Notes: generated by a model not told the origin, from the letters alone. Shown: positions 20,721-31,213, counted from the first letter of the stretch. The stretch: 64,000 nt of DNA from Methanomassiliicoccaceae archaeon (GCA_963728405.1 CAVSJV010000003.1:160001-224000), one strand, 5' to 3'. Numbers and translations are program-made.

Positions 20721-21002
20721 ATGGCTATCGAGCGGAAGATACCTGAGCACCAGCATTTCAGCAGTGCGACCGTGCTTATCGGGGCAGTGCTGGTCGCTAT
20801 GATCGCCATATTCGCAGCGTTGCTATACATCGCCTCTGGCCTCCTGGTGTCCGGCCTCATCCTGGCGTCGGGAGCGGTGATCGTCGGCCTGATGACCCGC
20901 CGAGTGGTCGGTGCGAGAGCGATGTGGCTATGCTTCGGACTGGCCGCCCTGGCCATCCTGGTGGGGGTGTTGCTTCAGCTCATGACGGCCATGATCTCCT
21001 AG
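20721..21002 (+). CDS. Small three-TM membrane protein
   Basis: Hydrophobic ORF. Confidence 0.55.
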   Translation: MAIERKIPEHQHFSSATVLIGAVLVAMIAIFAALLYIASGLLVSGLILASGAVIVGLMTRRVVGARAMWLCFGLAALAILVGVLLQLMTAMIS

Positions 21003-21003
21003 C

Positions 21004-21984
21004 TCACACTGACATCTCGCGCCATTCACAGGAATCGGTGATGCCGACTTCCAGGATGCCCTCGGGGAAGGGCTGGAAGAAGGTCTGGGCCTCGAGATGC
21101 TCGTTGCCGAACCGTATGATGTAGGAGCGCATGAGGTTCAGGCAGACGCTCAACGGGATCCGGGCGTCTCGGTACATCTGCAGGCTCTGCAGGAAGAACG
21201 CCTTCTCCTCCTTCTTCAACTGCTCCGAGAAGTAGCCCAAGGTGTGCATGAGCACGTTGATGGGGGCGTTGCACCGGGGTGGCCAGGAGAGCGCTGCCCG
21301 CAGATGGTCCCGGTATTCGCCGGTTAGGGCTGGAACGTCCCGTCCATCGCGGTTGGCCACGATGTTGCCCAATATCTTGAGCTCCTTCTGACTGTACATC
21401 ATCAGAAGCAGCTTGTTGCGGGTGTGGAACCCGATGAGGTCCGCCATCTCCGCATTCCTCATGCCGCGGAAGGAGGCGAGGGCGAACGTACCGGTCAAGA
21501 AGTGCTCTCCCAGCTTGATGTTCCTCAGCCTGGCCTCGTCCTCAATGGGGATCCCTTTCAATCGCTCGATGACCTCGCTTCCGAACATGCCCGATTCCTT
21601 TCGAATAGGGGGGGCTCCCTCCTTGTCAGGGTAAATGCGAACGTCCCTCACCCCGCAGGAAGGGGACCGGCTCTTCAGGATGAAGCCGTCCACATCCCCC
21701 AGCTCGTCCAGGAACTTGCCGCGGAAGGACACCATAGGCTCGGTGACATCCCGTCCGGTCGAAGGCTGTACCAGGTGCCTCTCTCCTCCCCTTAGGACGA
21801 TCCGGATGGGGCCCCTGGGAACCCCCAGACCGATCTCGACCTCCGGACATACCGGAACGAGAACAGCATGCTCTTTGAGCCGCTGCACGAACTCCGAACC
21901 GATCATCTCACCGTTGTACCGGCAGTGGTCGAACTCGATGCACCGGCTGATGCCCAGCCGGGGACGGGCGAAAGCAGCGGTCAT
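21004..21984 (-). CDS. DUF523-DUF1722 (YbgA-family, thiouracil-desulfurase-like) protein
   Basis: GISRC..CRYNG, VCPEVEIGLGVPR, LKSRSPSCG, FHTRNKLLLM. Confidence 0.9.
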   Translation of the reverse strand: MTAAFARPRLGISRCIEFDHCRYNGEMIGSEFVQRLKEHAVLVPVCPEVEIGLGVPRGPIRIVLRGGERHLVQPSTGRDVTEPMVSFRGKFLDELGDVDGFILKSRSPSCGVRDVRIYPDKEGAPPIRKESGMFGSEVIERLKGIPIEDEARLRNIKLGEHFLTGTFALASFRGMRNAEMADLIGFHTRNKLLLMMYSQKELKILGNIVANRDGRDVPALTGEYRDHLRAALSWPPRCNAPINVLMHTLGYFSEQLKKEEKAFFLQSLQMYRDARIPLSVCLNLMRSYIIRFGNEHLEAQTFFQPFPEGILEVGITDSCEWREMSV

Positions 21985-21994
21985 GGTCTAACCT

Positions 21995-22537
21995 TCATTT
22001 CATGCCCTCGTCGACGATCTCCACACCAACCTCGTTCCGGCGTAGGAACCCGGGGGCGAAGGGGCTGTTGTACCGCATCAGGAACGGCGAGCCCCTCGTG
22101 CTGATGCCGTTCTCCTTGAGCGCCCTCATCAGCTCCTCCTCTCGAACGATGACCTCCCGAACATAGGCATGCCCGCTGAACCTGAGCACAGCGACCAGGC
22201 GGGCGGGCACACCCACGACCTTTATTCGAGGGTCCAGCGGCCGGGGGGCTGTTCGGAGATCGTATTTTTCAGGCAGGGCGAACGAGAAAGAGGCCTGATC
22301 GGAGATCACCGGGGCGGTCATGGCGATCCTCTCGCCTCGGACCCGCTGGGAGACCACTGGAGCCGTCATGGCTATGCGCTCACCGGCCTCGTTGTTGCCG
22401 GAGATATATCTGAACAGTATGGAGAACGCAGTATCGTCATTGGGGTCGCTGACGGTCGCCAAAATGATCAGCGGGTACTTCCTGATCTCCACGGGCCCAA
22501 GGGCCCGGACCACCTGGTACTCCAGAGACGCGGTCAT
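21995..22537 (-). CDS. SOUL heme-binding family protein
   Basis: EIRKYP, LFRYISGNN, IAMTAPV twice, YNSPF..RRNEV. Confidence 0.9.
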   Translation of the reverse strand: MTASLEYQVVRALGPVEIRKYPLIILATVSDPNDDTAFSILFRYISGNNEAGERIAMTAPVVSQRVRGERIAMTAPVISDQASFSFALPEKYDLRTAPRPLDPRIKVVGVPARLVAVLRFSGHAYVREVIVREEELMRALKENGISTRGSPFLMRYNSPFAPGFLRRNEVGVEIVDEGMK

Positions 22538-22602
22538 CGACGTTCGATGGAAAATACCAATATAAATTAAGTGTGAACCCCCCCCTCCGAGTAGGTGAAG
22601 GT

Positions 22603-23085
22603 TCAGATGCGGCAGCCGGTCTGGCCCTTCTTCTCCAGGTACTTCTGGTGGTACTCCTCGGCCCGCCAGAACTTGGGAGCGGGGACGATCTCGGTGACGA
22701 TGGGGCCATGAAAGCGGCCTGACGACTGCGCCCGCTTCTTCGAGAGCTCCGCCAGGGCCTTTTGCTCCGGAGTGTAGTAGAAGATCGAGGACCGGTATTG
22801 GTCGCCGACATCGGGACCCTGGCGGTTCAGTGTGGTCGGGTTATGGATGCTCCAGAAAACATCGAGCAGTTGCTCATAAGTGAGCACCTCTGGATCAAAG
22901 ATGACGTCCACGACCTCGGCGTGACCGGTCTTATGGGAGCACACGTCCCGGTAGGTCGGGTTGTCGGTCGTGCCGCCCATGTACCCCACCTCGGTGGCTT
23001 TTACCCCTTTGGTTTGGTCGAAGGACAGCTGCACGCACCAGAAGCATCCGGCCCCAAAAGTGGCCCGTTCCGTTCTTCCGCTCAT
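22603..23085 (-). CDS. msrA: Peptide-methionine (S)-S-oxide reductase MsrA, copy 1
   Basis: GCFWC, TGHAE, RQGPDVGDQYRS, AEEYHQKY. Confidence 0.93.
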   Translation of the reverse strand: MSGRTERATFGAGCFWCVQLSFDQTKGVKATEVGYMGGTTDNPTYRDVCSHKTGHAEVVDVIFDPEVLTYEQLLDVFWSIHNPTTLNRQGPDVGDQYRSSIFYYTPEQKALAELSKKRAQSSGRFHGPIVTEIVPAPKFWRAEEYHQKYLEKKGQTGCRI

Positions 23086-23161
23086 GTCAGTCCTCGGTTC
23101 TCATTCTTGGAGATAGAGATACTTTTCATCGATGGAAAAGCCTTTCGCCGGTGAGACCGAC

Positions 23162-23644
23162 CTAGAGGGGGCAGACCGCCAGACCGCGCTTCTCAAGATA
23201 CCTTTGGTGGTACTCCTCGGCCCGCCAGAACTTGGGAGCGGGGACGATCTCGGTGACGACGTCGTTCTTATATTTGCCAGACTCCTGAAGCCGTTGCTTG
23301 GATTCTTCCGCTTCCTTCTTCTGCTCATCATTGTAGGTGAATATCACCGAGCGGTACTGATGGCCCACATCCGGCCCTTGGCGATTGGGGGTGGTCGGAT
23401 CATGGAGGTCCCAGAATACATCGAGCAGCTGCTCATAGGAAATCACCGAAGGATCGAAGGTCAGTTCCACGGTCTCGGCGTGGCCAGTCTTGCCAGAATG
23501 CACCTCTTCGTAGGTCGGGTTCTCGGTATGCCCGCCCATGTAACCCACCGCTGCGTCCGTTACTCCCTTCACTTTGCGAAAGTCCGCTTCCACGTGCCAG
23601 AAACAGCCTGCCGCGAATGCCGCCTTCTCGAGATTGGCTTCCAT
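23162..23644 (-). CDS. msrA: Peptide-methionine (S)-S-oxide reductase MsrA, copy 2
   Basis: GCFWH, TGHAE, RQGPDVGHQYRS, AEEYHQRY. Confidence 0.93.
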   Translation of the reverse strand: MEANLEKAAFAAGCFWHVEADFRKVKGVTDAAVGYMGGHTENPTYEEVHSGKTGHAETVELTFDPSVISYEQLLDVFWDLHDPTTPNRQGPDVGHQYRSVIFTYNDEQKKEAEESKQRLQESGKYKNDVVTEIVPAPKFWRAEEYHQRYLEKRGLAVCPL

Positions 23645-23773
23645 TTTTACACCTCGCCCATTACTTGCGAGACAGTGGTACTTATTGATTCGACCTGCTA
23701 TCGTGCAGGGGCCAGGCACTTTGAGCTGAGCCGGGAAATGTTTATATCGGTATGGCCGTTAACCAATTCGCAC

Positions 23774-23870
23774 GGGCCCGTAGCTTAGTCCGGTGGAGCG
23801 TCAGGCTCATAGGAGTCCCTGTGGGACCTGAGATACCCGATGGTCGTCGGTTCAAATCCGACCGGGCCCA
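23774..23870 (+). tRNA. CAT-anticodon tRNA, probably tRNA-Ile2 (alternatively Met), with a 23-nt intron (23812-23834)
   Basis: Acceptor GGGCCCG/CGGGCCC with A73, typical of archaeal Ile tRNAs; BHB with CTCA/TGAG helix; GTTCAAA T-loop; TTTATA box about 30 nt upstream. Confidence 0.88.
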
Positions 23871-23919
23871 CCTTTTCTATCCAATACTTTGAATATAAGT
23901 ATCGTTCGGTCAGCAGTTG

Positions 23920-24174
23920 ATAATCGCGCCGTTCTGCCTATCTTCTTCAACGCCTCGATCGTCCGGTGAAGTCATCGGCCAATCATCGGTTTGTTTGGGA
24001 ACAGGTCGGCGCCCAGCCCATGGCCTTCTCGCGGTCGCCCTTGAGCAGCGAGCCGGTCATGACGCTACCTTGGGCGCCCTGTCGGGGTACCTTTCCCTCA
24101 CGAATCTGAGCACCTCGTAGCCGTCGCGCTTGGGGATGTTGAGGTCGAGGACGCTGAGGTCAGGGGCCTCGGCA
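23920..24174 (-). pseudogene. Truncated response-regulator receiver remnant
   Basis: PDLSVLDLNIPKRDGYEVLRFVR, MTGS, GADLF..KP spread over several frames; N-terminus missing. Confidence 0.7.
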
Positions 24175-24181
24175 TCAGTTC

Positions 24182-25705
24182 TCACCGCTTTGGGATGGTG
24201 AAGTAGAATGTCGTTCCCTCTTCCGACGCCGACTCGAACCAGATGCGACCGCCGTGGCGCTCCACGATCCTCTTGGATAGCGCCAGTCCCATTCCGGTCC
24301 CCTCGTACTCAGCTCTAGTATGCAACCGTTGGAACATCTTGAACAGGCGGTCCTTGTATCGGGGGTCGATGCCAATGCCGTTGTCGCTGACAGAGAACAC
24401 CCAGTCCCGGCCATCCTCGTGCGCGGAGACGTGTATCTGTGGCGCGGCAACGCCCCGATACTTGACCGCGTTACCGATCAGGTTCCCCAATAGTAGGACC
24501 ATCTGAGACTTGTCAGCTACCGCTGTCGGCAGAGCATCGTTGGTTATCGAAGCGCCGCTCTCCTCGATACTCACCTTGAGGTCCTTGAGGACGACGGCCA
24601 GCACCTCGCCCATGTCCACGGGAGTGAATGAGTTACCCTGGGTCTCCACGCGCGAATAGGCGAGGAGGTCGTCGATCATTGCCACCATCCTCTTAGCGCC
24701 GTCCATGGCGAAGCGCATGTACTCTTTCGACCTATCATCTAGCTTGTTCTTGTTCACCCTCTCGAGGAGCTGCAGGTAGCTCGTCACCATCCTCAGCGGC
24801 TCCTTCAGGTCGTGCGAGGCGACGTAAGCGAACTGCTGCAGCTCGGCGTTGGAGCGTCTTAGCTCGTCCTCCATCTCCTTACGCTCGGTGATGTCCCGGG
24901 CCATGCCGACGATGCCGATTATCTTGCCATCAGAATCATGGTGCGGGGTCTTGGTCGTGAGGAAGGTCCTGTACCCTGCGGGCGTTTGCACCCGTTCTTC
25001 CAGCACCTCTCCGACGCCGGAGTCCATGATGCGGCGGTCGATGGCCATGAGGTTATGGCCGACCTCAGGGTCGTCGTATATCTCGGTATCGTTCTTGCCG
25101 AGCACCTCTTCGAGCGGTTTTCCCACGACCTGCAACAAAGCAGGATTGGCCAGCAGCCATCGGCTCTCCCGGTCTTTCAGGAACACCGGGTCGGTCGTGG
25201 TCTCCAGGACCGCTTTCAGGAGGGCTTCGCTCTCGCTCAGCTCCTTAGTGCGCTCATCCACTTTCTCTTCCAGGCCCTCCTTAGCTTCCTTAAGCATCTC
25301 GTTCGAGTCTTCGATGCTTCTCTCGGTGCGCTTCCTTTGGATGGCCAGGTATGCCATCAGCCAGATGAGAAACAGGGCGATGGCTCGATTGTAGTAGCTG
25401 TTGTAGGCAACACCGCCGGAAGGGGAGATCAGGTAGCCGATGGGGACGAGGACGCTGCATATTATGGCGATCGCATAGGTCATTCGCTCGCTCTTGGAGA
25501 GAATGGTCAAACCGACCGGAATGGTGTACAGCACGCCGATACCCAGCCCTACGGGCGTAAGTGCATCGATGGCCAGGATCGCCGCGAACGAAACTAGGCA
25601 GGCTGCTAGGACGAGCCTATCCCTTGTTTTATCTTCCGGCCTCATGCCCGGCGGCTCAGTGTTTTTCTTGTTTGCGCCCATTAGTGAGTTCCAGCCCTCG
25701 CCCAT
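24182..25705 (-). CDS. Membrane PAS sensor histidine kinase
   Basis: TM region, [21 protein letters not shown]-box, N/G1/F/G2 boxes. Confidence 0.93.
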   Translation of the reverse strand: MGEGWNSLMGANKKNTEPPGMRPEDKTRDRLVLAACLVSFAAILAIDALTPVGLGIGVLYTIPVGLTILSKSERMTYAIAIICSVLVPIGYLISPSGGVAYNSYYNRAIALFLIWLMAYLAIQRKRTERSIEDSNEMLKEAKEGLEEKVDERTKELSESEALLKAVLETTTDPVFLKDRESRWLLANPALLQVVGKPLEEVLGKNDTEIYDDPEVGHNLMAIDRRIMDSGVGEVLEERVQTPAGYRTFLTTKTPHHDSDGKIIGIVGMARDITERKEMEDELRRSNAELQQFAYVASHDLKEPLRMVTSYLQLLERVNKNKLDDRSKEYMRFAMDGAKRMVAMIDDLLAYSRVETQGNSFTPVDMGEVLAVVLKDLKVSIEESGASITNDALPTAVADKSQMVLLLGNLIGNAVKYRGVAAPQIHVSAHEDGRDWVFSVSDNGIGIDPRYKDRLFKMFQRLHTRAEYEGTGMGLALSKRIVERHGGRIWFESASEEGTTFYFTIPKR

Positions 25706-26049
25706 TGGGTTATGGTCAATTATCCATTTGGATAATCATACTTGAACCCTCCCCACAAGCGAACGACAAGATGGGATTTATCAATATTGTATTTGTTTAG
25801 AATTTGGTCAATCCTCGGACCACTCAGTTACATAAGGGAATTAAAAATGAGGATCCAAATTTCTTAAGTTCTGGGGAATGCGTCAGCTTCGGTATTGGTC
25901 CCATGTTGGCCAAAGAAAAATGAAATGGGTTTTTTAAAAGCGCCAGCATACCACCACATGAGCATGTGCTCATCACAAATGTCGAACGGATACTCCTCGA
26001 CGAGACCGGCCGGTGCAGGCCTCATCCCCGTAAATCCTCGTTGCATCGC

Positions 26050-26631
26050 TCATCTGAACGGCCTGAATGACCAATCGCCAAGGCCAGGACGATTCGTATT
26101 GGATGGCAGATCACGTCTGAGCGCTCTCCGGTCTGGCATGTGTCGCTTTCTCGTATCGGCCATTAGCGCTGCACATGGGGCGTCCTGATGATCTTCCATT
26201 TGGCCCTTGCCATCCAATGGGACGATGTTCTTCCTCAACCACCGGCGGGTGGCGTCGAACTCGCTCTCCACCGATGGTTTGATGCGGTAGTCGGTCACGC
26301 CCATGGCCCGGGCTTTTTTCTCATCTTCCTTGTTCAACGAACCGGTCATGACCACCACAGGGATTGTCCTGAGCGCGGGTGTCGACTTCATGAACGCTAG
26401 GACCTCAAAGCCGTGGACCTTTGGAAGATTGAGATCCAGGATGACAAAGTCGGGGATGGGACTTTTGGGATGACCTCCCTCATTCCCTAGGATGTTCAGA
26501 GCTTGCTGTCCATTCTGAGCCAATGTGACGTGCAACGGCAATCCCATGGTTTCCAGTAACTCGGAGATGAGGAGGGCATCACCTGGGTTATCTTCGATAA
26601 TCAGAACTTCAATTGGCTTCTCCATGCTCAT
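26050..26631 (-). CDS. Response regulator receiver protein (C-terminal extent uncertain)
   Basis: LIIEDNPGD, PDFVILDLNLPKVHGFEVL, MTGS, KP; ATGA overlap with the kinase. Confidence 0.88.
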   Translation of the reverse strand: MSMEKPIEVLIIEDNPGDALLISELLETMGLPLHVTLAQNGQQALNILGNEGGHPKSPIPDFVILDLNLPKVHGFEVLAFMKSTPALRTIPVVVMTGSLNKEDEKKARAMGVTDYRIKPSVESEFDATRRWLRKNIVPLDGKGQMEDHQDAPCAALMADTRKRHMPDRRALRRDLPSNTNRPGLGDWSFRPFR

Positions 26632-28106
26632 CTTCTCAACTCCTTGGGAATGGTGAAGTAGAAGGTTGTTCCCCGTCCAGGTAGCGATTCGAACCATATC
26701 TTACCACCATGCCGCTCGACGATCTTCTTGCTGATGGCCAGACCGATACCAGTACCTTCATATTCTTGAGTACTGTGCAGCCGCTGGAACAGGATAAATA
26801 TTTTTTCCTTGTACCTTGGATCGATGCCGATGCCGTTGTCATGGATGGAGAATATCCATTCTTGGCCTCCGTCCTTGCAAGATATGTGTACGATAGGTCG
26901 CTCCGCCCCATGGAATTTGATGGCGTTGCTGATCAGGTTCTGCATTACCTGCACCATCTGCAATTCATCGGCCAGGATAGTAGGCAGAGGGTCATGAGAG
27001 ACGGAGGCGTTCAACTCTTTGATTCGGACCGAGAGATTGTCAAGGGTCTTGTCGAGCACTGCTTCCATGCTCGTCAGCTGGGTGGGGCTGACATGCATAT
27101 CGACCCTGGAGAACGCCAGTAGGTCCTGTACCAGGTCTTTCGCTCTCAACCCGCCATCGATGGCGAATTGCATGTACTGCCGTGCTTTTTCATCCAGCTG
27201 GCCCTTATAGCGTTTATCCAAGAGCGTCAGGTAAGCGGTCACCATTCTCAATGGCTCCTGCAGGTCGTGCGAGGCGACGTAAGCGAACTGCTGCAGCTCG
27301 GCGTTGGAGCGCTTAAGGTCCTCCTCCATCTCCTTCCTCTCGGTGATGTCCTCGTAGACGCCCAGGACCCCGAAGATGTTGCCGTCCGGATCGCGCAATG
27401 GCACCTTGGAGGTCTGCAGCCACCGCGTGCTGCCATCGCTCTGGACCTGTATCTCCTCGAAGTTGATCTTCGGTCTGCCGCTCTCGATGACCTGACGATC
27501 GTCCCTCTGGTAGCAGGCGGCCGACTCCCGCCAGGCCAGCTCGTGGTCGTTCTTGCCGATGATCTCCTTGGGATCGGAGAGCCCGGCGTCCCGGGCGGCG
27601 GTCCGGTTCGCACCCAGGAAGTTCAGCTCCCGGTCCTTCCAGAACACCCGGTCCGGCACATTGTCCAGGACCAGCTGGAGCATTTGTTGGGAGCTCTGCA
27701 ATGCCATCTCGGCCCTCTTGCGCTCGGTGATGAAGTGGTCCACCAAGACGGCCACGGTCCAAAGGGCGACCAGCGACTCGGGCCGGTTGAAGAGCGGGAA
27801 GAGGATTTCTCCCGGTGGCTTGAGCGGTACAGCGACCAAGGTAAGTATCGACGATACTGCTGCCACCAGGAAAATGGTCCGCCTCCTAGGTGACCAGATG
27901 CAGATCAGCACGGGGATGACGTACAGGATACTGACGACCAACCCGATTGCAAGCGATATGTCGAGGAGAAATATCGAAGCGATGAGCATACTGCATACTA
28001 TCAGGATGTCTTGTTCATTCAGTTCCAGCAGGAACTTTGGAAGGCGGGTTTTCTTCACCAGGGTGGTTTCTTTATTGTTACTCTGATCCTTATCTTCAGG
28101 AGCCAT
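26628..28106 (-). CDS. Membrane PAS sensor histidine kinase
   Basis: TM region, PAS/PAC, SHDLQEPLR, NAIKF, DNGIGI, GTGIGL. Confidence 0.93.
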   Translation of the reverse strand: MAPEDKDQSNNKETTLVKKTRLPKFLLELNEQDILIVCSMLIASIFLLDISLAIGLVVSILYVIPVLICIWSPRRRTIFLVAAVSSILTLVAVPLKPPGEILFPLFNRPESLVALWTVAVLVDHFITERKRAEMALQSSQQMLQLVLDNVPDRVFWKDRELNFLGANRTAARDAGLSDPKEIIGKNDHELAWRESAACYQRDDRQVIESGRPKINFEEIQVQSDGSTRWLQTSKVPLRDPDGNIFGVLGVYEDITERKEMEEDLKRSNAELQQFAYVASHDLQEPLRMVTAYLTLLDKRYKGQLDEKARQYMQFAIDGGLRAKDLVQDLLAFSRVDMHVSPTQLTSMEAVLDKTLDNLSVRIKELNASVSHDPLPTILADELQMVQVMQNLISNAIKFHGAERPIVHISCKDGGQEWIFSIHDNGIGIDPRYKEKIFILFQRLHSTQEYEGTGIGLAISKKIVERHGGKIWFESLPGRGTTFYFTIPKELRR

Positions 28107-28515
28107 GGAATTCCGTTTGCCAGATGCCCGGCTAGCTCAGATTAGATTGGCATCGCGGCATTTAATCGTTGGTATTTATTATGAAATGGCCAGGGAACCC
28201 AGATATAGAAAATGGCCAAAGTTGAATTGAAAAAGGGGCGTCCATTGAGTGTTCATGAACGGTGACGGCGGCCTCCAATAAACAATCTCGCGCAAATTGG
28301 TTGGAGCCGCTAACATTCGACCGGGGTACTTCTTTGTCCATCCCCCGCCGTCCATCGTGGTGAGGCCCCGATCTCGATTCGTTAAGGACGAGAGGCCGGG
28401 CCTAGGAGCTACGCGTTCTCCAATTACGAACCCCGTTCTCCATGATCGTGCGAGCGTTCGCCCCATCAACGTAACTTTAAAAAATGTAACCGTGTTCATC
28501 CCCCTGGATCACCCC

Positions 28516-30315
28516 ATGGATGCTGAGACCAGACTCCTATTTGACATAACCCTGATGCTGATCGTGGCGGGGGTTTGCTCGATCGTTCTGGCCAAGTTCA
28601 AGCTCCCCTCCATCATCGGCTATCTGACCGCAGGCATCCTCCTGGGCCCATACATCTTTCCCGAGGTCGTGGTCCAGCCGGACACGGTGGAGATCTTCGC
28701 GAAAATAGGCATCGTCATGCTGATGTTCTTCATCGGCCTCGAGCTCAACCTCAAAGGATTAAGGAAGGTTGCCTCTTTCGCCATGATCATCGCGGCCATC
28801 GAGATGACCCTGATGGTCGTCATCGGATATTCCATCGGCCTGGCCCTTGGTCTAGGCACCCCCGAGGCGGTCTTCCTCGGAGTGACCATCTCCTGCGCCA
28901 GCACCGCCGTGGTGCTGGGAGTGATGAAGGACAATAAGCACATGGATGGTAAACTTTCAAAGGCGGTGCTGGGCATCCTCATCATGGAGGACATCGGCAT
29001 CGTCATCATACTGGCGATATCGGCGCCGATCATGGGCACTAGCAGCTCATCGTCCATGCTGGACACGTTCATTGTGATCATAGCATTCATCGGTATGAGC
29101 GTGGTCATCGGCCTCGCCGCCGTCCCCAGAATGCTCAACTGGGTCAGGAAGCACTATTCGGGGGAAACGCTTTTCATCGTCTCGGTTGGCATCGGCTTCG
29201 GATTGGCCCTCATCTCCAACTACATCGGCCTGTCCGAGGCGATAGGGGCTTTCCTGGCCGGGATCATCGTTTCACAGGCCACCTGCTCGGATGACATCTG
29301 CATCAAGGTCGAGCCGATGAAGGAGCTGTTCATGTCCGTCTTCTTCCTGTCCATAGGTCTCCAGCTTGATCCGACATTGATGGTCTACGGTCTGCCCCTG
29401 GCCTTGACCATCGCGGCCATCTTCATCACCGGCAAGCTGGTCAGCGTGGGACTGGGCTGCTACATGGCCAATTTCAAGGCCCGATCGGCCTTTCTGGTCG
29501 CCGCAAGTATGGTGGCCATGGGTGAGTTCACCTTCGTAGTGGCAAAGATCGCCCTCGATGGAAAAGTTATCACCAATGCACTGTACTCGTCGGTCATCGG
29601 GGCGGCCCTGGTCACCATGCTCCTGCTGCCCTTCATCTCCAAGAGCGCCCCCTCGCTGTTCGATGGGGTCGTGGCAAGGATGCCCAGGGGCATCTGCGCC
29701 CCCCTGGGCAAGATAGAGAGCATGCGCATGGCCGCTCGGGAGAGGTTGAGGACCTCGGCGGAGCTGAAGAGGAAGATCCGGAACCAGCTGCTGTTCATCT
29801 TCGTCGACTTCGTCATCATCCTGGTCATTCTGCTCGCGGCGAATCTCCTGACCTTTGTTAGGGATATCGCGACCAGCTATTCGGATGATGTTAACATCCT
29901 CCCATCGATCTTGCTCTTCATCATCGAGCTCGCCCTCACCCTCCCCGTGGTCATCAATATCGTGAGCAGGCTGAGAAGGATCGCCGAGCTTTTGACCCGG
30001 GCCTTGACGGACCAGGATGAGCATCTGGCGATCGGCAAGACCGGAACCTACAAATTCTTCCGCAATATCGGTTCGGCTCTCTCGTTGGTGCTACTGTCAT
30101 TGGTGATCGCGCAGTTCCTCCCAGGTGTGGAGGGCCTTCCCCCGGCCTGGATATTCCAGATCGCCATTGCAGTGCTGGCCGTGACCTGGCTTACCTGGGA
30201 CACCATCCATTCGTTCCACGGGAAGCTATCCACCTCCCTCAGCAAAGGGATCATAGGGACCGAACCGGGGTTGGAAGAAGGGAAAGAGAGGGCCCATCCG
30301 CCAATGAAGCAGTAA
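28516..30315 (+). CDS. Cation:proton antiporter (CPA2/KefB-like) with a C-terminal membrane extension
   Basis: PSIIGYLTAGILLGP, FFIGLE, STAVV, GILIMED, GAFLAG, GEF. Confidence 0.9.
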   Translation: MDAETRLLFDITLMLIVAGVCSIVLAKFKLPSIIGYLTAGILLGPYIFPEVVVQPDTVEIFAKIGIVMLMFFIGLELNLKGLRKVASFAMIIAAIEMTLMVVIGYSIGLALGLGTPEAVFLGVTISCASTAVVLGVMKDNKHMDGKLSKAVLGILIMEDIGIVIILAISAPIMGTSSSSSMLDTFIVIIAFIGMSVVIGLAAVPRMLNWVRKHYSGETLFIVSVGIGFGLALISNYIGLSEAIGAFLAGIIVSQATCSDDICIKVEPMKELFMSVFFLSIGLQLDPTLMVYGLPLALTIAAIFITGKLVSVGLGCYMANFKARSAFLVAASMVAMGEFTFVVAKIALDGKVITNALYSSVIGAALVTMLLLPFISKSAPSLFDGVVARMPRGICAPLGKIESMRMAARERLRTSAELKRKIRNQLLFIFVDFVIILVILLAANLLTFVRDIATSYSDDVNILPSILLFIIELALTLPVVINIVSRLRRIAELLTRALTDQDEHLAIGKTGTYKFFRNIGSALSLVLLSLVIAQFLPGVEGLPPAWIFQIAIAVLAVTWLTWDTIHSFHGKLSTSLSKGIIGTEPGLEEGKERAHPPMKQ

Positions 30316-30460
30316 CGCTGGCGACCAGGAGGAGGGACCCCCCTGCCCACCTCTAAGCCGGTACGAGCGCGCTTGTCCACCGCTCCCTTCTAATCTCCCC
30401 AGGCCTCGCCTGCCAACGGGTCAGCCCCTTTCCTTGCAGCATATTCGCTTAGGCCGTTCG

Positions 30461-31207
30461 CTAAACCTTATCGATCACATACAAATGGCAAATGCCAAAG
30501 GTCAGCGGGATCGACCTGACCACCCTGAAACGATGCTCCTCGAACAATGCCTCGATGGATTCGGGAGAGGGGAACCTCCTGATAGACTCGCCAAGGTATC
30601 CATAAGCAGCGCGGTTCCCAGATTGTAGACCACCTATGAACGGCAATATCTTGGTCAGATAAGCGAGGTAGATTTGCTTGATCATTGGATATTTGGGCAT
30701 GGAGAACTCCAGGAGGGCCAGCTTGCCCCGGGGTCGCAGGATGCGATGAGTCTCTTCCAAGAAGGCCCCAATGTCGGTCATGTTCCTAATCCCGAAGCCT
30801 ACCATGGCCCTATCGAAGGTCCCATCAGCGAAGGGCATGTTCAGCGCGTCGCCCTGAATGGCCGAGATTGTTTCCCCATCGAACGCCGTTCCCCATTTTC
30901 GTGAGGCCGCCATGAGCATGTTCCTGGACAGATCTATACCGACGACTGGGCAACCTATCGTGGATCTAGCCAGGATAGCAAGGTCTCCCGTGCCGGTGGC
31001 GATATCAAGGACCGTGTCGCCCTTCCGGATGGCAAGCTCGTCCAAGGCAAGCGTCCTCCATCTGACATCCACCGACATCGACAAAATATGGTTCAGCAGA
31101 TCATAGGTCGGGGTGATGTCATCAAACAACTTTCCGATCCGTTTTGGGGCCTTGTCGATCGTTCCCTCCACATCCATCCCCCCGAATTTCCTATCTGGTC
31201 CGTTCAT
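30461..31207 (-). CDS. menG: Demethylmenaquinone methyltransferase (UbiE/MenG family)
   Basis: FDDITPTYDLLNHILS..WR, LDIATGTGD, GFGIRN, AYGYLGESIRRFP. Confidence 0.87.
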   Translation of the reverse strand: MNGPDRKFGGMDVEGTIDKAPKRIGKLFDDITPTYDLLNHILSMSVDVRWRTLALDELAIRKGDTVLDIATGTGDLAILARSTIGCPVVGIDLSRNMLMAASRKWGTAFDGETISAIQGDALNMPFADGTFDRAMVGFGIRNMTDIGAFLEETHRILRPRGKLALLEFSMPKYPMIKQIYLAYLTKILPFIGGLQSGNRAAYGYLGESIRRFPSPESIEALFEEHRFRVVRSIPLTFGICHLYVIDKV

Positions 31208-31213
31208 TGCGCC

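Noticed and set aside
17833-23870. Integrative element between the two tRNAs
   Set aside because: No integrase and no duplicated tRNA 3' end found
25864-26046. 60-aa minus-strand ORF between the receiver gene and the next kinase
   Set aside because: No motif or clear SD and atypical composition; cannot be supported as a gene
28255-28420. Hairpins upstream of the cation:proton antiporter as a riboswitch
   Set aside because: Stems are present but do not match consensus motifs I know; the 73-codon N-terminal ORF extension is also likely spurious
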